The notes under the pieces were generated by a model. The model saw nothing but the letters and a program-made list of their open reading frames with translations, ran no database searches and was not told the origin of the DNA. A DNA stretch of 64,000 nucleotides from Takakia lepidozioides. Its lineage: Eukaryota; Plantae; Bryophyta. The translations under genes were made by a program, and so were the position numbers. Positions within the stretch are counted from its first letter, which is position 1. Every line of letters begins with the position of its first letter. Positions 34,996-47,609 of the stretch are shown here, piece by piece. The stretch is from NCBI GenBank assembly GCA_030704615.1, contig CM060731.1, forward strand, positions 38,936,001-39,000,000, in the 5' to 3' direction.

Positions 34996-35113
34996 TAGAA
35001 TTACCACTTCTCTTCAACACCAGAAGGTGAAGAGGACAGTTTAAATGGTAGACATAGAATTACTACTTCTCTTCAACACCAGAAGGTGAAGAGGACAGTT
35101 TAAATGGTAGACA
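34996..35113. repeat. 59-bp direct tandem duplication
   Basis: TAGAATTAC(C/T)ACTTCTCTTCAACACCAGAAGGTGAAGAGGACAGTTTAAATGGTAGACA twice, one mismatch; abuts the foldback element. Confidence 0.9.
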
Positions 35114-35115
35114 TC

Positions 35116-36230
35116 TAGGGAATTCCAAAAAGGCCTTGATGTGCAATGCATCGCAATTCACTTGATCACCCCCTAAAAGTGCGCAAATCAATTGAATTGC
35201 AAGGGCAATTCAATTGAACTAACCCTAATTTGCAATTCAATTGAATTGCTGACTACAATTCAATTGAATTGTAATCTATAATTTTTAACTTATTTCTGTA
35301 GATAATATATATATGTATATATTTAAATTATACATATATACATACACAGGTATAAGCTAAAAATACATGTTGCCCCTCTATTCTTGCTGTCCGTCTGTCA
35401 ATCCTTTGCCCGTGGTAAGGCTTGAGCCCAAGATAAGCCTAAGGGAGAGCGAGAGAGGGAGAGAGAGAGAGAGGAAGTCACGAAGCGCTTGTAAAAGCGG
35501 GATTGTCTCTCTTTGTGGATGTTGGTGCCAATATATGGCTATGTATATATACCAAACATGATACCAATGTAAGAGTATCAACGTGTAAGAGTTTGATATA
35601 TTAAACTATAGAACACACATCCCAACTTCAACATGATACCTTTGTAAGGGTATCGAAATTTTTGATAATTCTCAAGATGAACATATTTTTTGTTTTCTTT
35701 GTCCTGGGCTAGATACTAGTGTTAGGGGACTACATGGTGATGCAGGGGAAGCCTTTCATCAATTGTCAGGTTTGATTTTGTCTGTTTTTTTCGGAGCCAG
35801 CCATGTTTATTTTGCCAGTGAATCACATGAAGCTGCTGATCCGTCTCTGGCTCTCCCTTTCTCGCTGAGGCTGAGGGTGGCTACACTCCACAATTTCCTC
35901 AAGGGCACAAGAAAGAGGACCAGCAAGAATAGACGGGCAACATGTATTTTTAGCATATACTCTTATATGTGTATAAATATAATTTGAATATATACATGTA
36001 CATATATATTATATATTATATACAAAAATAAGTTAAAAAATTATAGATTACAATTGAATTGAATTGTAGTCAGCAATTCAATTGAATCGTGTGCCGACAA
36101 TTCAATTGAATTGCAAATTAGGGTTAGTTCAATTGAATTGCCCTTGCAATTCAATGGAATTGCGCACTTTTAGGGGGTGATCAAGTGAATTGCGATGCAT
36201 TTCACATCAAGGCCTTTTTGGAATTCCCTA
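35116..36230. mobile_element. Non-autonomous long-TIR (foldback / Mutator-like) DNA element
   Basis: Inverted arms ~35116-35392 and ~35917-36230 (TAGGGAATTCCAAAAAGGCCTTGATGTG.. / ..CACATCAAGGCCTTTTTGGAATTCCCTA). TAGACATC is repeated at 35108-35115 and 36229-36236. Confidence 0.85.
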
Positions 36231-36402
36231 GACATCGCCTCAATTTTTAGATCCGATGTCTACCATCTAGTTCAATGTGTATCTTATGAAAACAAACCAT
36301 GTTGCCAGGTAGAAGAGTTAGTCGCAAGTAATCTCGTGGTCGGTAGACACAGACCATTACTGTCTACACCTGATAGAATCCAACAGATTAACTGGAGCAG
36401 AT

Positions 36403-36845
36403 AGGCAATTGACTACTTTTGTGGCAAAAAAAAACAGTTTTTCTCGATGCATACATCAAGTAATCTTTTATCTAGGTGCGACATGAAGACATTGATAGCC
36501 ATATGGGGAAAGTTCCCCTTGGGTAACAGTTTCTGCCTAATCCTACTCAAGCTTTCCTTTACTGAAGAGACTTGGTATAAAGTTGTCAAACCACATCGAC
36601 ATTCTTCCACTGAGGCAAAGGAAATTGCCAAACAACGTACACATCGACACTTCACTTCACCATGACCAGTGGCAAATGGGAGAAACATGTTCCCTAGAAA
36701 CTTAGGCAATTGACTACTTTCCCCTAAGTGAAGTTCTCAAACCACATCGACATTCTTCCACTGAGGCCAAGGATATTGCCAAACAAGGTTAGACACCAAC
36801 ACAGTGACCAGTGGCAAATAGGAGAAACATGTTCCCTAGAAACTT
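36403..36845. repeat. Imperfect local tandem duplication
   Basis: AGGCAATTGACTACTTT at ~36403 and ~36704; AAACCACATCGACATTCTTCCACTGAGG..GAGAAACATGTTCCCTAGAAACTTA at ~36588-36704 and ~36738-36846. Confidence 0.8.
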
Positions 36846-37276
36846 AAAAATGCTTGTAAACCTCTCAAAGACTCCTTGTAGTGCATCAAGAAAACCATCT
36901 CTTGTAGATGGAGGGCAGAAAAACTGCTGCAAATGTGGTGGATATTAACATACACCACACTGCTATTTGTCACAACTGTGCCAAGATACTCTAGCACCCT
37001 CAATGTAGAAATGAAAAAGTAACGGAACAGGATGTGTTTGCTGAGCTTAAAAAGAACATTGAATAGAACAGAATGTTGCTGCGGGCTTTTTACCCTCTCA
37101 ATGTTACACGTGCCTTGTATCTGAGCACATTAGAAGCTCACGGGTGGTTACTAAACTATCCATTTCGGTTGGACTACTTTCATTTGAAAGCAGAGCAGAG
37201 TATAAGGGCAGAGAAGAGTGACACAGCAACTTCCTCCCCAAAGCGTTGTGAAAACCTGTGTACACTGCTTCTGTGC

Positions 37277-40200
37277 TCAGATCACGTTTGTAGGAATTTG
37301 TTCCGAGTATGCAGGTCTGAAATGATTAGCCAGGACGGTTTTAGCCAATTGCACATCTCTCACAAAAGTTGTTCGTGCTTTTGCATAGGGAGCGTCACGA
37401 GCTGCACAACCCAAGTATGTCACACACCCATATTAGCTGCTGGAACAATTATCAGGACTGCTGTGACTAGGCTGCTCAAGGAGACATGTGCTGAAAGATC
37501 ATTCGCCTGAGCACTGGGTAGCAAGAGAATGTACTCATGAGATGTTGTTTGCCGTAGCCTTGTGACAAGAGACTAAGCAAAGTAGGGAGAAAGATGGAGC
37601 AGCTGGGAGGGGCCAGACCAATTAACCACATATGTCACTAGTTTCCTTATGTGTGCTTTCAATTAGGGGAAAGAATACTGTTCCATCCATTTGCCAAAGT
37701 TCTCCACTGTGACCCCAAAAGCACAACTCCCCTGGTACATTAAATAAGGAAAAAGGTTGCCGGATGATAACGCGATGAGAGAAAGACCTTCCCATAAACA
37801 TGGACCCTAATGACACCAGTACACTGGTTGCATACAAGAAAGCCTCTAGGGTGAGTATGCAAGCAAGGTGAAAGAAAGAGAAGACATACGTAGTCGTTGG
37901 GCTCGTGCAATATTTTTCCTCCTCTTCCAATAGCATATACCACAGATGATTAGCAGGAAAAGTCCCGTTATGGATGCGATGGCAACACCTACTTTAGCAC
38001 CATTTGAGAGGGTGCTGCAAGATTGGAGACCAGGACCACATAATCCAATGTTTCCTGCAAGGCTGCACAAATGGGTGAAGTCAAATCATCTGTAACCCTT
38101 CTACATCTTTGTCCCCATCTTATGTCCACCACTCCAGTTATCCGACCACCAACTTGTGTACACTTTCTTCCCTCACTCTTACCCTCCTCTGTGACTAGGT
38201 TTTAGAAATTTGAGAGATCATGAAATGGATGTATTACAACCTTCAAATCTCAACTTCACAACCAAAAAGTAGTCATATGGACTTTGATACAGTTCAGTTC
38301 AGTCGTGCCCAGAGAATCTCTCCCACACAGTGTTGGAAAATGAGAAGAAATTGGAAAGGTTAGAAAGATATACTTGAGAATGGCACCACGAATTGGGAAA
38401 GCACCCAGGGCAGCAGGCACCTCCCCACTTAACTGATTCTCATTTAGATACCTGCAACATGAGCCATTTGAGTTTAGCCAAAGGCACAAAGACTTGCAGC
38501 TGCCACCCTGGATTTGCATCCAGAGTGCAATATTTCCACCGAGAATCACTTCAGACAAGCTTGGATATCAAAGCAAGTAGAATCCCCCAAAGTAGGAAAC
38601 AACCTAGCCATTTAGTGATGTGTTTATCATGCAAGGAGGAGGAATGAGAGAAAGTGTGCTCACAGCTGTTGGAGGTGAGATAGTTGCCCAAGGCTCGCTG
38701 GGATTGATCCATTGAGAAGGTTACGGGAGAGATCCCTGCATATCCAGCAATTGCCGATGGACAGTCAACCATTTTGAATAATATACAAGGAAAAGAATCA
38801 TCTGGTAGATCAAATCAGTCTCCAGAATCTCTTACAAAGATGGAGGTAATGGGACGTACAGAGTAATGAGAGAAGAGAGGTTGCCGATGGATGGTGGGAT
38901 TGGACCCTGCAACCTGTTGTTGCTTAGATTTCTGCCAGCATTCTCTCAAACAGTAAGTCAATGTAGAAAAGTTCTAGACAGTTGGCAATCAAATGTCTAC
39001 CCCAACTAGATACAAGTTGATAGAAGGCAGTCAAGAAAATGCACTCTCTTTTCTTTGGACACCTCAGCGAGAGAGAGAAAGTAAGAACTTTGAAAACGTC
39101 CACAGAGAGAAGAAATGAAATGAAATGAAATGGTGCTTTATAACGTCCGCGGAAAGCTCATAGAGCTTATGGGACAAAATGGAAGAAAACATGAGAGGAA
39201 ACAAAACCAGAACCCTAGGATAAGAACTAATGTTCTAGAGATTGTCTAAGGGTGAAGGCCTCGTGCAGATAGGCTGCCAAGCATTTTTGATCCTCATAGT
39301 GGAAGACTTCAGTGAGAGATTGGGTTCCACTGAATAAACAGTGGAATCTCCCACGGATCTCGTAGTATAGAGGGCAGTAGAAGAAGTGTTCTTCAGTTTC
39401 AATTTCCTGGCTGCGCCCTATGCAAGCTGGACAAAGGCGGTCCTCCCGTTGCAGGTTTTCCCATCTGCCAGTCTCTATCTCTATTCCCGCTCAAACTGGG
39501 CGCGGGGTCAATGGCCACAAGGCTACGGCAAACAACGTCTTATGAGTACAATCTATCCATAGGTTGTGGGAACCCACCCTGAACCGCCCCAATGCCCTCA
39601 GGAGGGAAGGAGATAAGGATGCTGAAAGGTAATTTGGCCTCAAGATTCTATCATCTCGGAGCACCAAGAATGTCTCTCGATAGAAGTGGAGCTTTGTCGG
39701 GAGATTGGGTAGCTTCCAAGTTCTCTTGACATGTAATTCCATAAGCTCTCTCCTAATGAGTCTGTTGCGGTCATGTCTGGATGTGATGTCCACCTCATCT
39801 GGATTCATTGGTAATAGGGAAGCAGTAGAAAGTCCATTGCCTTGACATAAACTGTCCACTTGAGCATACCATGAGTTCCTGAAACCTGCAGCTTTGAGCC
39901 TCATAGATGTTGCGAGGGCCCTTGCCATGAGCCCCTTGGGTGGAAGGGCCTGTAATCTATGGAGAAAGATTGGAAGCCGGAAGAGGGCCTCGGTTTGCAA
40001 TGGTACACATGCGAACTCTGCACCTAGGATATGAGATGGAGTTGTGCTTCTGGTGCCAAGCATTGCTTGGAGAAAAGATGACTGCAATGGTTCCAGATTC
40101 TTTTCCCACCAGGAGACAGGGACACCAGGTGTCCAGAACTCACAACCATAGATGGTAGCAGGGCTGACAACAGGCCCTATGACAGAGAGTATGTACTCAT

Positions 40201-43200
40201 GAGGATATTTTCCATAGACTTGTGGCCATAGACTCCACGCCCAGTTTGGGCGGAACAGACACTACCTTAGTGAGGGGCTTATTCCAGTAGTGGACTTGCA
40301 TGGTATAAACAATTGGTTCAGGCTTTCCAGATTTCCTCTAGAAAGCCCTTCACACAAGCATCAATCTGCTGTGTGTGAGCTGCCCAGCAATTAGACGACA
40401 ACAGGACCAGGGCTTGAGGCTCAGCCTCGAGATTTTCGAAGTTGCAGGGACTGTGTTCTTCATGGTCCTGAAGAGGGTTGCTCTGCGATGAGTTACCCTG
40501 GACATTGTATCGACATTGTCTTCAGCCCGCCCACACATCTCCCTTTCCTCTCTGTTTATTGTTGAAAGGTAGACTCCCTGCCCTGAAATTTCATTCTAGT
40601 GCCAAGGGTAGGTAGCCCCTCAGATCATCCTTAAGGTCCTCACCCATGTCACAAACTGGAAACAAGTTCAGGGAAGTTTTATGCCTAACTTCGTCTTGTT
40701 TAGACATTCTTCGAGCTTTGGACATGGCCTTAGACACTTCAGCCTCCAAGTCAGCTTCATCTAGCAGGGTGAGCTCTTCCTGCCTGATATTCAGGTACTT
40801 GAAAATCTCCTCTAACTTTTTTCCGCCCCGACTTAGCCTCTTTAGCAGCGGTCTTGCTTCCAAGAACTAGAGTCGATCGTCTTAGGGTATTGAGTTTTCC
40901 CATGCGGTTCAACTGGCCCTACCATCTGACCTCGAACTCATCACGTCAAGAGCTCAAAGGTTGTAAGCGAACTCCCCTAAACAGCCAAATTAGCTGTTCA
41001 GGAGCATGCTGACATGCTCTCTTTGAGCACTGAAAGCTGAATGGATTCTGAAGTTTTAGCATGGTTGGAGTTGCCCTCCCACATGACAGATGCGTACTCC
41101 AACGTAGGCCCAATAGCATTGCAAAGCATGATCCTTTTACCGTCAATATTAGGAGATCTGCGTGAGAGAGAGAGAGAGGACATACAATGATTGAAGATTT
41201 GACAAGGATGAAATGTCAGCACTGAGATAGCCCTGCAGTCCTTGGTAGTCAAGATCCCTAGCACCATCCGTACAGTATTTGGGGTCTCAGTTGGCTGAAA
41301 TGAAATTATCTGGCATGCTCACACTCCCTTCACCAGAATCAAGCAGGCGTACACGAAGAAATTACGAGTTCTGATGACTAGTTCATTGATTATAACAAAT
41401 CACAGCACTGTGATAGGAGTGGAGATGGCAGTCACATTAGCAACTGTCTCCAGGATTGACATACTGGTTCAAGATCAAGGGATGCCCATGCACAAAAATA
41501 GACTAAGCCTCAAAGAAGTGCAGACAGGTTATAAACAATGAAAGCTACGAGAACAATGGGTGATGAGGAGTACAAGCCATCGATGAACCAGGCTCCATTT
41601 GTGGGGTCGAAACCGCAGTTTACACCATACCAAGGGTGTTCTTGGGGAACACAGGGATCTCCATTCCATCCGAGGCGTGGTGGTAAGTTTAATGACAGTT
41701 TCAATTTCTGTAAAGACCATACTGCCACCCCACCCAGTTACACCCATCAATGTCTCTCGAGATATATGACTAAGCAGGCACTTGTCTGTTTCTCTCGCAC
41801 TTCAAAGTATAGGGATAGCCTCAAAGACGAACAGGGGCCCTTAAAGCCTACTGTGTATAGTCCTCAAGAACTGCCAGTGACGTAAGATTGGAACTTGGAG
41901 TGCCAAAGCTTCTTTGTAGAAGAGACGAGTACTACATATGCTAGCAGTCATACCCACTGGCCACAATGAAAAGACACCTAAAACACCAGTCACTTGGAGG
42001 CCAGGCCATACCAAAGGGCAGACCTAGAAGTCAGTTGAAGAAAGTAAGGCCAGAGTTAGTAAGAAGAAAGACGGTCACTGCACTCTCGGTTTGAGAAGCT
42101 CAAGACAATGCCAAAAGCTGTAGTTTTTCTGGGGTGAAATTGTGCATCAAAGTGATCTAACAGTTGAGGTTATTCTTGAGAAATGTGGAAGGCCAGAATC
42201 AACTTCATCTTTACAGGTTAAATCTCACTACTTCAGAATTTCCACAATTATGGTAGTGCCATTGTGCTCTCCTCCCCTGAACTTCCCCCTCTGCTATCCC
42301 TTCCGGTCTCCTAAACTGGGCTTGGGCTATGGCTGCAAGGTTAGCACAAGGGAACTCTAATGAGTACATCACATTACCCATCACCATGCGACCACAGGAA
42401 GGAGAGAACTCTTACTGTTTGAATCCGATGTAGAGAACTCTGTCGGGATGACTTGGTATACCTCAAATGCATTGACGGCAATCGATCCTCGCACTGGGTT
42501 GAAAGTAAGAGTCAATGTTCTACTCTCCACCAACACAGTCTGGTTAAGTATCAATGCACTGAAATTGCCACCTGCAAGTTGTATGATATCTACCTTTGGA
42601 AAAATGGGTTGGCCGTTGGCCAATACATCAAAAATTCTTTCTCCTACCCCTGTCACTGTAGATGAAATCTCTGCCAAGTGCAGCCAGATGGAGTAGTTGT
42701 GATTGGCTTCAACGGGTACAGTGTAGGAAAGGCTTCGGCTGGAATCTGTTGTGGTTGCTGACTGGTAAATAGCTTGAGGGTAAACATTAGGAGGTACCGA
42801 GTAGTTGGTTATATTCTCTGTTGTCTGTATGACGCTCATAACAGAGCCAGGGATAAAGAGAGTGCTGTCTGTTGACCAGTACCGATCACCACCCCATGTG
42901 TCTGCATGAAAGTCGGATCCATAGCCTGAACTTGGCGCTCCAGCACTCACCCTCTTCACTGTTCTAAATATTACATTGAGGCTTGCGTTAGGACCCCTGT
43001 CATACGCATCATCATACACTTGAAGTATCTCAAAAGAGACAATGGTTGGGTTTCCATGGCCAGAGCTGTGGAAGCATGCAGTTGCAGCACCATCAGTGAC
43101 AAAGAGTAAGGAATCCGCATACTGATTGTCTATACTTGTACTCCACCCCTGGTCGAATCTGTACACCAGTGTTCCCTCCAACGAGACTTCAAACTGGGGC

Positions 43201-44786
43201 TCTCGGCCTGCGTTATCCTCGTCCCCATAAGCAAAGAAAAACCTGTGCAGTCCACTATTAGAGTGGATAAATATGTACAACTGAAGAGGGCCCAGTTTCA
43301 TGGATACTGCTAGCCTAAGAGATTAGCCACAATCTCCCCCTATTTCTACACATCCAGGGGAAAGAGGGGTTGAACTACCTTTGTTAAGGCCTACCCACTT
43401 CCGCAAATTCGTTAGATTATGTAGACACTCATGCACAACAAAAGGTCTGGAGTCTGGACCACTCCAATAAACACCTTGACACCTCCAATAGTACTCAATG
43501 ACAATTTTCCACATGTGCCCTTTATACCAGTGTCACATGTTATCAGTAACGATCTTTGCGAGTAAATGCATGTAAGGAGAAGGCAAGCAAGAAAGGAAAC
43601 CTAAACAAATAATGTCCATTTGGAACAGTGATGTTGTAGCAGTTCTCGGGTCCATCCGACAGCTGAAAGTAGCGTGAAGTGGTGAGCTGTGGAGCTATTC
43701 TATCTTGGACTGTTATGTTGGCAGAACTGCCACCTGTGTAGCCAAAGTCTGCAGACCAAAGATATCCATTGGCTGGGGCGTATGACTCTTTAGTTGCCCC
43801 ACAGGCGACGCGCACAACATAGGGCCCTGCACAGAAGAAAAGAGTGGTTACACCATCATTAGAATTGCCATCCGGATCATCATAGCAATATCAAGGACTC
43901 TACTACCGATCCTAAATATATCCCCAGGGATTGTTTGACTGTTGGAGTACTGAAAAGTGGCGAGAAGGAACTTGGAGAGGATATTTTGCGTTGCTGTTGT
44001 TTAGTTTTAGTCTACGTCCACTAGCTGGTTCTCAGCTCATGTCTCCACCTCTTTTCGAGTTGATCTTGCCTTGAGTTTGCGTCTCTTTCTGTATGACTTT
44101 TTGCCGATTCCCCTCGCTCCGCAATACCTCTCCCCACCTCCCCGTAGCTTAGCTGGCTGGGAGATCCTCCGGCAAACCTGTTCAACCCTTAACTTCGCCT
44201 GCCTCGGTGCCCCTATCTCTACTTCCCCACTCACCAATTCTTTCAAGGGCCTTTTCTGGTGAAGGTCAACTTTTCGGTCAACTATTTGGACCTGAGTTCC
44301 TTGCAATCTCACCGACAATTCCCGACCTGTTTTATGGCTGTCTGCCCGCTGGCAGTACTCCAGCCAGAAGTGTATACACCATTTCGAAATGAATGATCTA
44401 CAATATGTCACATTCAGAAGGAAGCCCGGGTATATTGGTACACTTAGTTCGCCAACCACCATAAACCCCTCAAGTCATGCCTCCTTGGACCGACCTTTCA
44501 CGATCGCTGTTGGTATGAGCGAAGCTGCCTTGACAGGAGTTCCTCTTCGTAAGTACGAGCGAATATGAATTGTGGCACATCACCCAGAAAGCTTCTGAAA
44601 CGCCAGAACTTCGTATATAGTTCTTGTCTGTCTCCTCCCCTCCATAGCCCAGAAAACAAAGATTGCATAGCACAAAAACAAAGTTTGGGTCAACAGCATA
44701 CCTCCAGAAGCTTGACCAGCAGCCAATGGAAGCTGAATGGCGCAGAAGACCGCGATTATGACAATGCCGAGTTCCAGTAGATCCAT
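37277..44786 (-). CDS. RLP4: Malectin-like domain LRR receptor-like protein (RLP4-like), 10 exons, ~625 aa
   Basis: Exons 44786-44702 (signal peptide), 43826-43601, 43242-42416, 41721-41574 (LGWNGDPCVPQEHPW), three 72-bp LRR exons 41257-41186, 38931-38860, 38735-38664, then 38451-38374, 38062-37890 (TM, WKRRKNIARAQ) and 37401-37277 (RDAPYAKAR). All GT-AG and phases sum correctly; no kinase. Confidence 0.9.
37530..37575 (-). mobile_element. Short 3' end of non-LTR family B in the last RLP4 intron
   Basis: Reverse complement of CACAAGGCTACGGCAAACAACATCTCATGAGTACA. Confidence 0.65.
39112..40160 (-). mobile_element. RTE-like LINE family A, 5'-truncated, with a nested family B end at ~39485-39551
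   Basis: LGRFRVGSHNLWI[insertion]ETGRWENLQREDRLCPAC..EEHFF C-terminal region; (CATTT)n tail at 39112-39131. Confidence 0.8.
40190..41155 (-). mobile_element. Non-LTR family B fragment in RLP4 intron 5
   Basis: IGPTLEYASVMW..ESIQ and CGRAEDNVD post-RT motifs; ends ..ATGAGTACA. Homologous to 52560-53650 and 55015-55460. Confidence 0.75.
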
Positions 44787-47609
44787 CTCCTCACCAGATT
44801 TGAAGATCTCTGTGACGTGATACAACTAGGGTGGAGTTCTCGGTACCTAGTTTGCTACAATACTAATTTACCTCCCTTCAAAGCGTCAGCCTAAAGAATT
44901 CTGAGGCAGACAGCGCGGGCGGGGAGCTTATTGCAAGCAACACACTTACACACAAACCCATCTCTCATAAGTCTTCGTCTACACAGAAGCCAGGCCGAAC
45001 CGGCAAACTGGCAAGAATGCCCTGCGACCCCGTCCCTTGAGTCATTAGAAATTCAAACAGAGTGTGAACTGAAATGGCTTCATTGCCTCCGCACACACAA
45101 GGCTGCGATAACTTACTGCCTTTCCTCTGTCAGGCAGCACCTCCTTTTCTCCAAAACCAAACCAAAACCAAACTAGTAGCTGTCTCCGACCTCACGCCAT
45201 CCGTGTCACTTTAGAAAAGTCGATGGAAGTCCCAAATTACCAGCAACTGACAGTGCTGCTCCTGCTGCTTCACCTCACAGCACCTCGATCTCAAAAATCA
45301 CAGATGCAGCACAAATGCCAGATCCACTCCACAAACCGCTTAGCTGATGTACGATCCTACACACGACGGTCTCCGAAAGAGACTTCCTCAATGCTGGTAG
45401 ATACACCCCCAATTTCCCTTCCAGCACGATGTTAGCTTCTACTTGACTCCACAGAGCTCACAACCCTTCTCCGACCTCCACAAACCTCAACAATCCTCGG
45501 CACCAGAGAGCAGCGAGCAGCCTCGCAGGCACCAAATCCTCGAGACACAAAAGGTGGCTGACGACGGAATGCGGCGAGCGGCAAGCGGCCAGTTTCCGTC
45601 GGGAATCCAGCGCACGCACAGCCGCACTCCCCCGGGCCTTTATGACCGCGCCGATCGCCGGGTGGCCCCCACCCGCCCCACCGGCCCCCACCCGCCACGC
45701 CGGGCCTCGGGCAGCTCCGGGGTGAAAATAACGCGGGACATGGGGCTCCGTGTAGAACATGGGGAGGGACATGCGCCACGGTATCCTATGCCAATACATT
45801 CGTTTTTCATACCCGGTTCTTCGGTGGGTGACCCGCTGCGGTTGGCAGCTTGTTGCCCTACCTAACAATAAGGGTGCTCCCTCTCATTCAATGATCCAAG
45901 TTGAGTGGAATGATCAACTTGGAATAAAGCCATAGTGTCAAGTATCCATATCTATAGTGTCAAGTGTCAAGTAATAGTGTTTAATTGCGTCGGATTGGAC
46001 GTTCGAATGGTATGGTTTAAAAACTGCTCTGTATGCGAACAAGGTCATTGGGCATCCCATACCCAAGCAATAGTTCTGAATGTATTTTGTGACCGCATGC
46101 AAATGCATTCACACCATAGCACCTTTGCACCATTGCACCATAGAAGGAGAGAACATTCTACTGTCACTGACAGGCACATGCAGTTCTCCCTAATAGAATG
46201 GATGATGATACAGTCCTAGTGTTACTCTAAACTAAACTCGGTCACACAAATAAATTCTTCTCTTTGGACTGCATCAAAAATGTTGGGCTGGAACTGTTGG
46301 GGTTGACTATAAACTATAAAGTTTAAACCCGCCGTCCAATGATTTGACTCAGCTGGTAGTGGGTTATGACTTATGACCCTGAACCCATGAAAAGAGGGGG
46401 TTAGGTGAAGGCCATGAATAGCTCCTTTAAGTTCAAATGCCCTGTATGAGTAAACTGAGATATGCTTTCAGATTCATCAACTCTTGCAGCTTTTTAAAGG
46501 CAGGTAAGTTTGGAACTTACAGTAAGTTAGCACTGCAATAGCTACAGTCCATCCTCAACTCCCAGGTTGTGGCACTAGTAGCCGCTCTGCAGTGCAAGCC
46601 AGCCTGTAAAGAATTCAAAAAATGCGACATTGTAGCAGGCTCCTTGTTGTACAGAGGTTTAAGCTGTATTTACACTTACTGTCAACATTGTTGCAGAGGA
46701 ATGTGAGATGTAGGTGTGGGGCTTTAGGATTTGGTGGAAGTCAGAAACTTTCTTCCTCAAAACCAGCTTCCGTATGTGCTGCTGAGTGATTGACTGTGGG
46801 AGCATGCCAAGTTTAGCGCAAGAGTACCCACAAAAGTAGCTGCTCCTCATCTCTCCGGTCTCCTCTCCACATGCCACTCCTGCCTAAAGCAGGCCACCAC
46901 AAGAGGAACAACATTCTCAGTGTGAAGCGTTTGCACGTGTGTGTGTTAGCTACCCCACCTCCTCCTCACACCCACAAGCAGTGTCTGGCATTGATTCTCA
47001 CTCCATAAAAAAGCACCCGCATGACACTGACGTCCTTGAGTGATGTGTGTTCGTTGTGGGCACGCTATAAGGACGAGGTGCTCTCTAGTTCAACATATAT
47101 TTCCCCTCTGTACACCGTCAAACAAACTGGGCTGCTGCTCTGGCAACGATGCCCTGCAGCTTCCTTTGAAGCACTTACTTGGAGTACTCACCACCAAGCC
47201 TTTCAATAATCTTCCAAAGCCTTTGAATCTTAGAATTCGTAGAAAAACCAAGTCCCCAAACATTTGGAACAAGGTTCTTGTCTTTCAAAACAAAGTCAGG
47301 CTCTTGGTGATACAAGAAGCCCCATTTTATTTTGGTGGGCTTCCCAACCACCCTTGCTGTCAGAATGGGTATTTGTTTCCCTCTCCATAACTTCTCTTTT
47401 CTGTTCTTTCCTTCCCCTCAGAAGAGACTAGAGAGGGGGGGAGTTCAGACTTCAGACGTAGTTATAATTCCCTTGTTCTACATTCTCGCTTGAGGTTACA
47501 AGGTATTTCTTCCGGGGGAAAGAAGCCACGTTGAAGTCTCCCATCAAACCCCTTCCCTTTTAGGTTTTGGGGTCCTGACCTGCTATCATCCGACCAAACC
47601 AGCTTTCTG

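Noticed and set aside
35180-36160. Regularly spaced palindromic repeats resembling a CRISPR array
   Set aside because: Spacers are only a few bases, the repeats are mirrored as TIR arms, the context is eukaryotic and there are no cas genes.
44037-44462. 141 aa ORF inside RLP4 intron 1
   Set aside because: Non-ATG start, no recognisable motif; a length expected by chance.
45432-45868. Overlapping 115-140 aa ORFs upstream of RLP4
   Set aside because: GC-rich promoter/5' region with few stop codons in any frame; no domain signal.
46340-46445. A-box-like TGACTCAGCTGGTAG and B-box-like GTTCAAATGC suggesting a tRNA or SINE
   Set aside because: No cloverleaf can be formed and spacing is long; at most a decayed SINE head.
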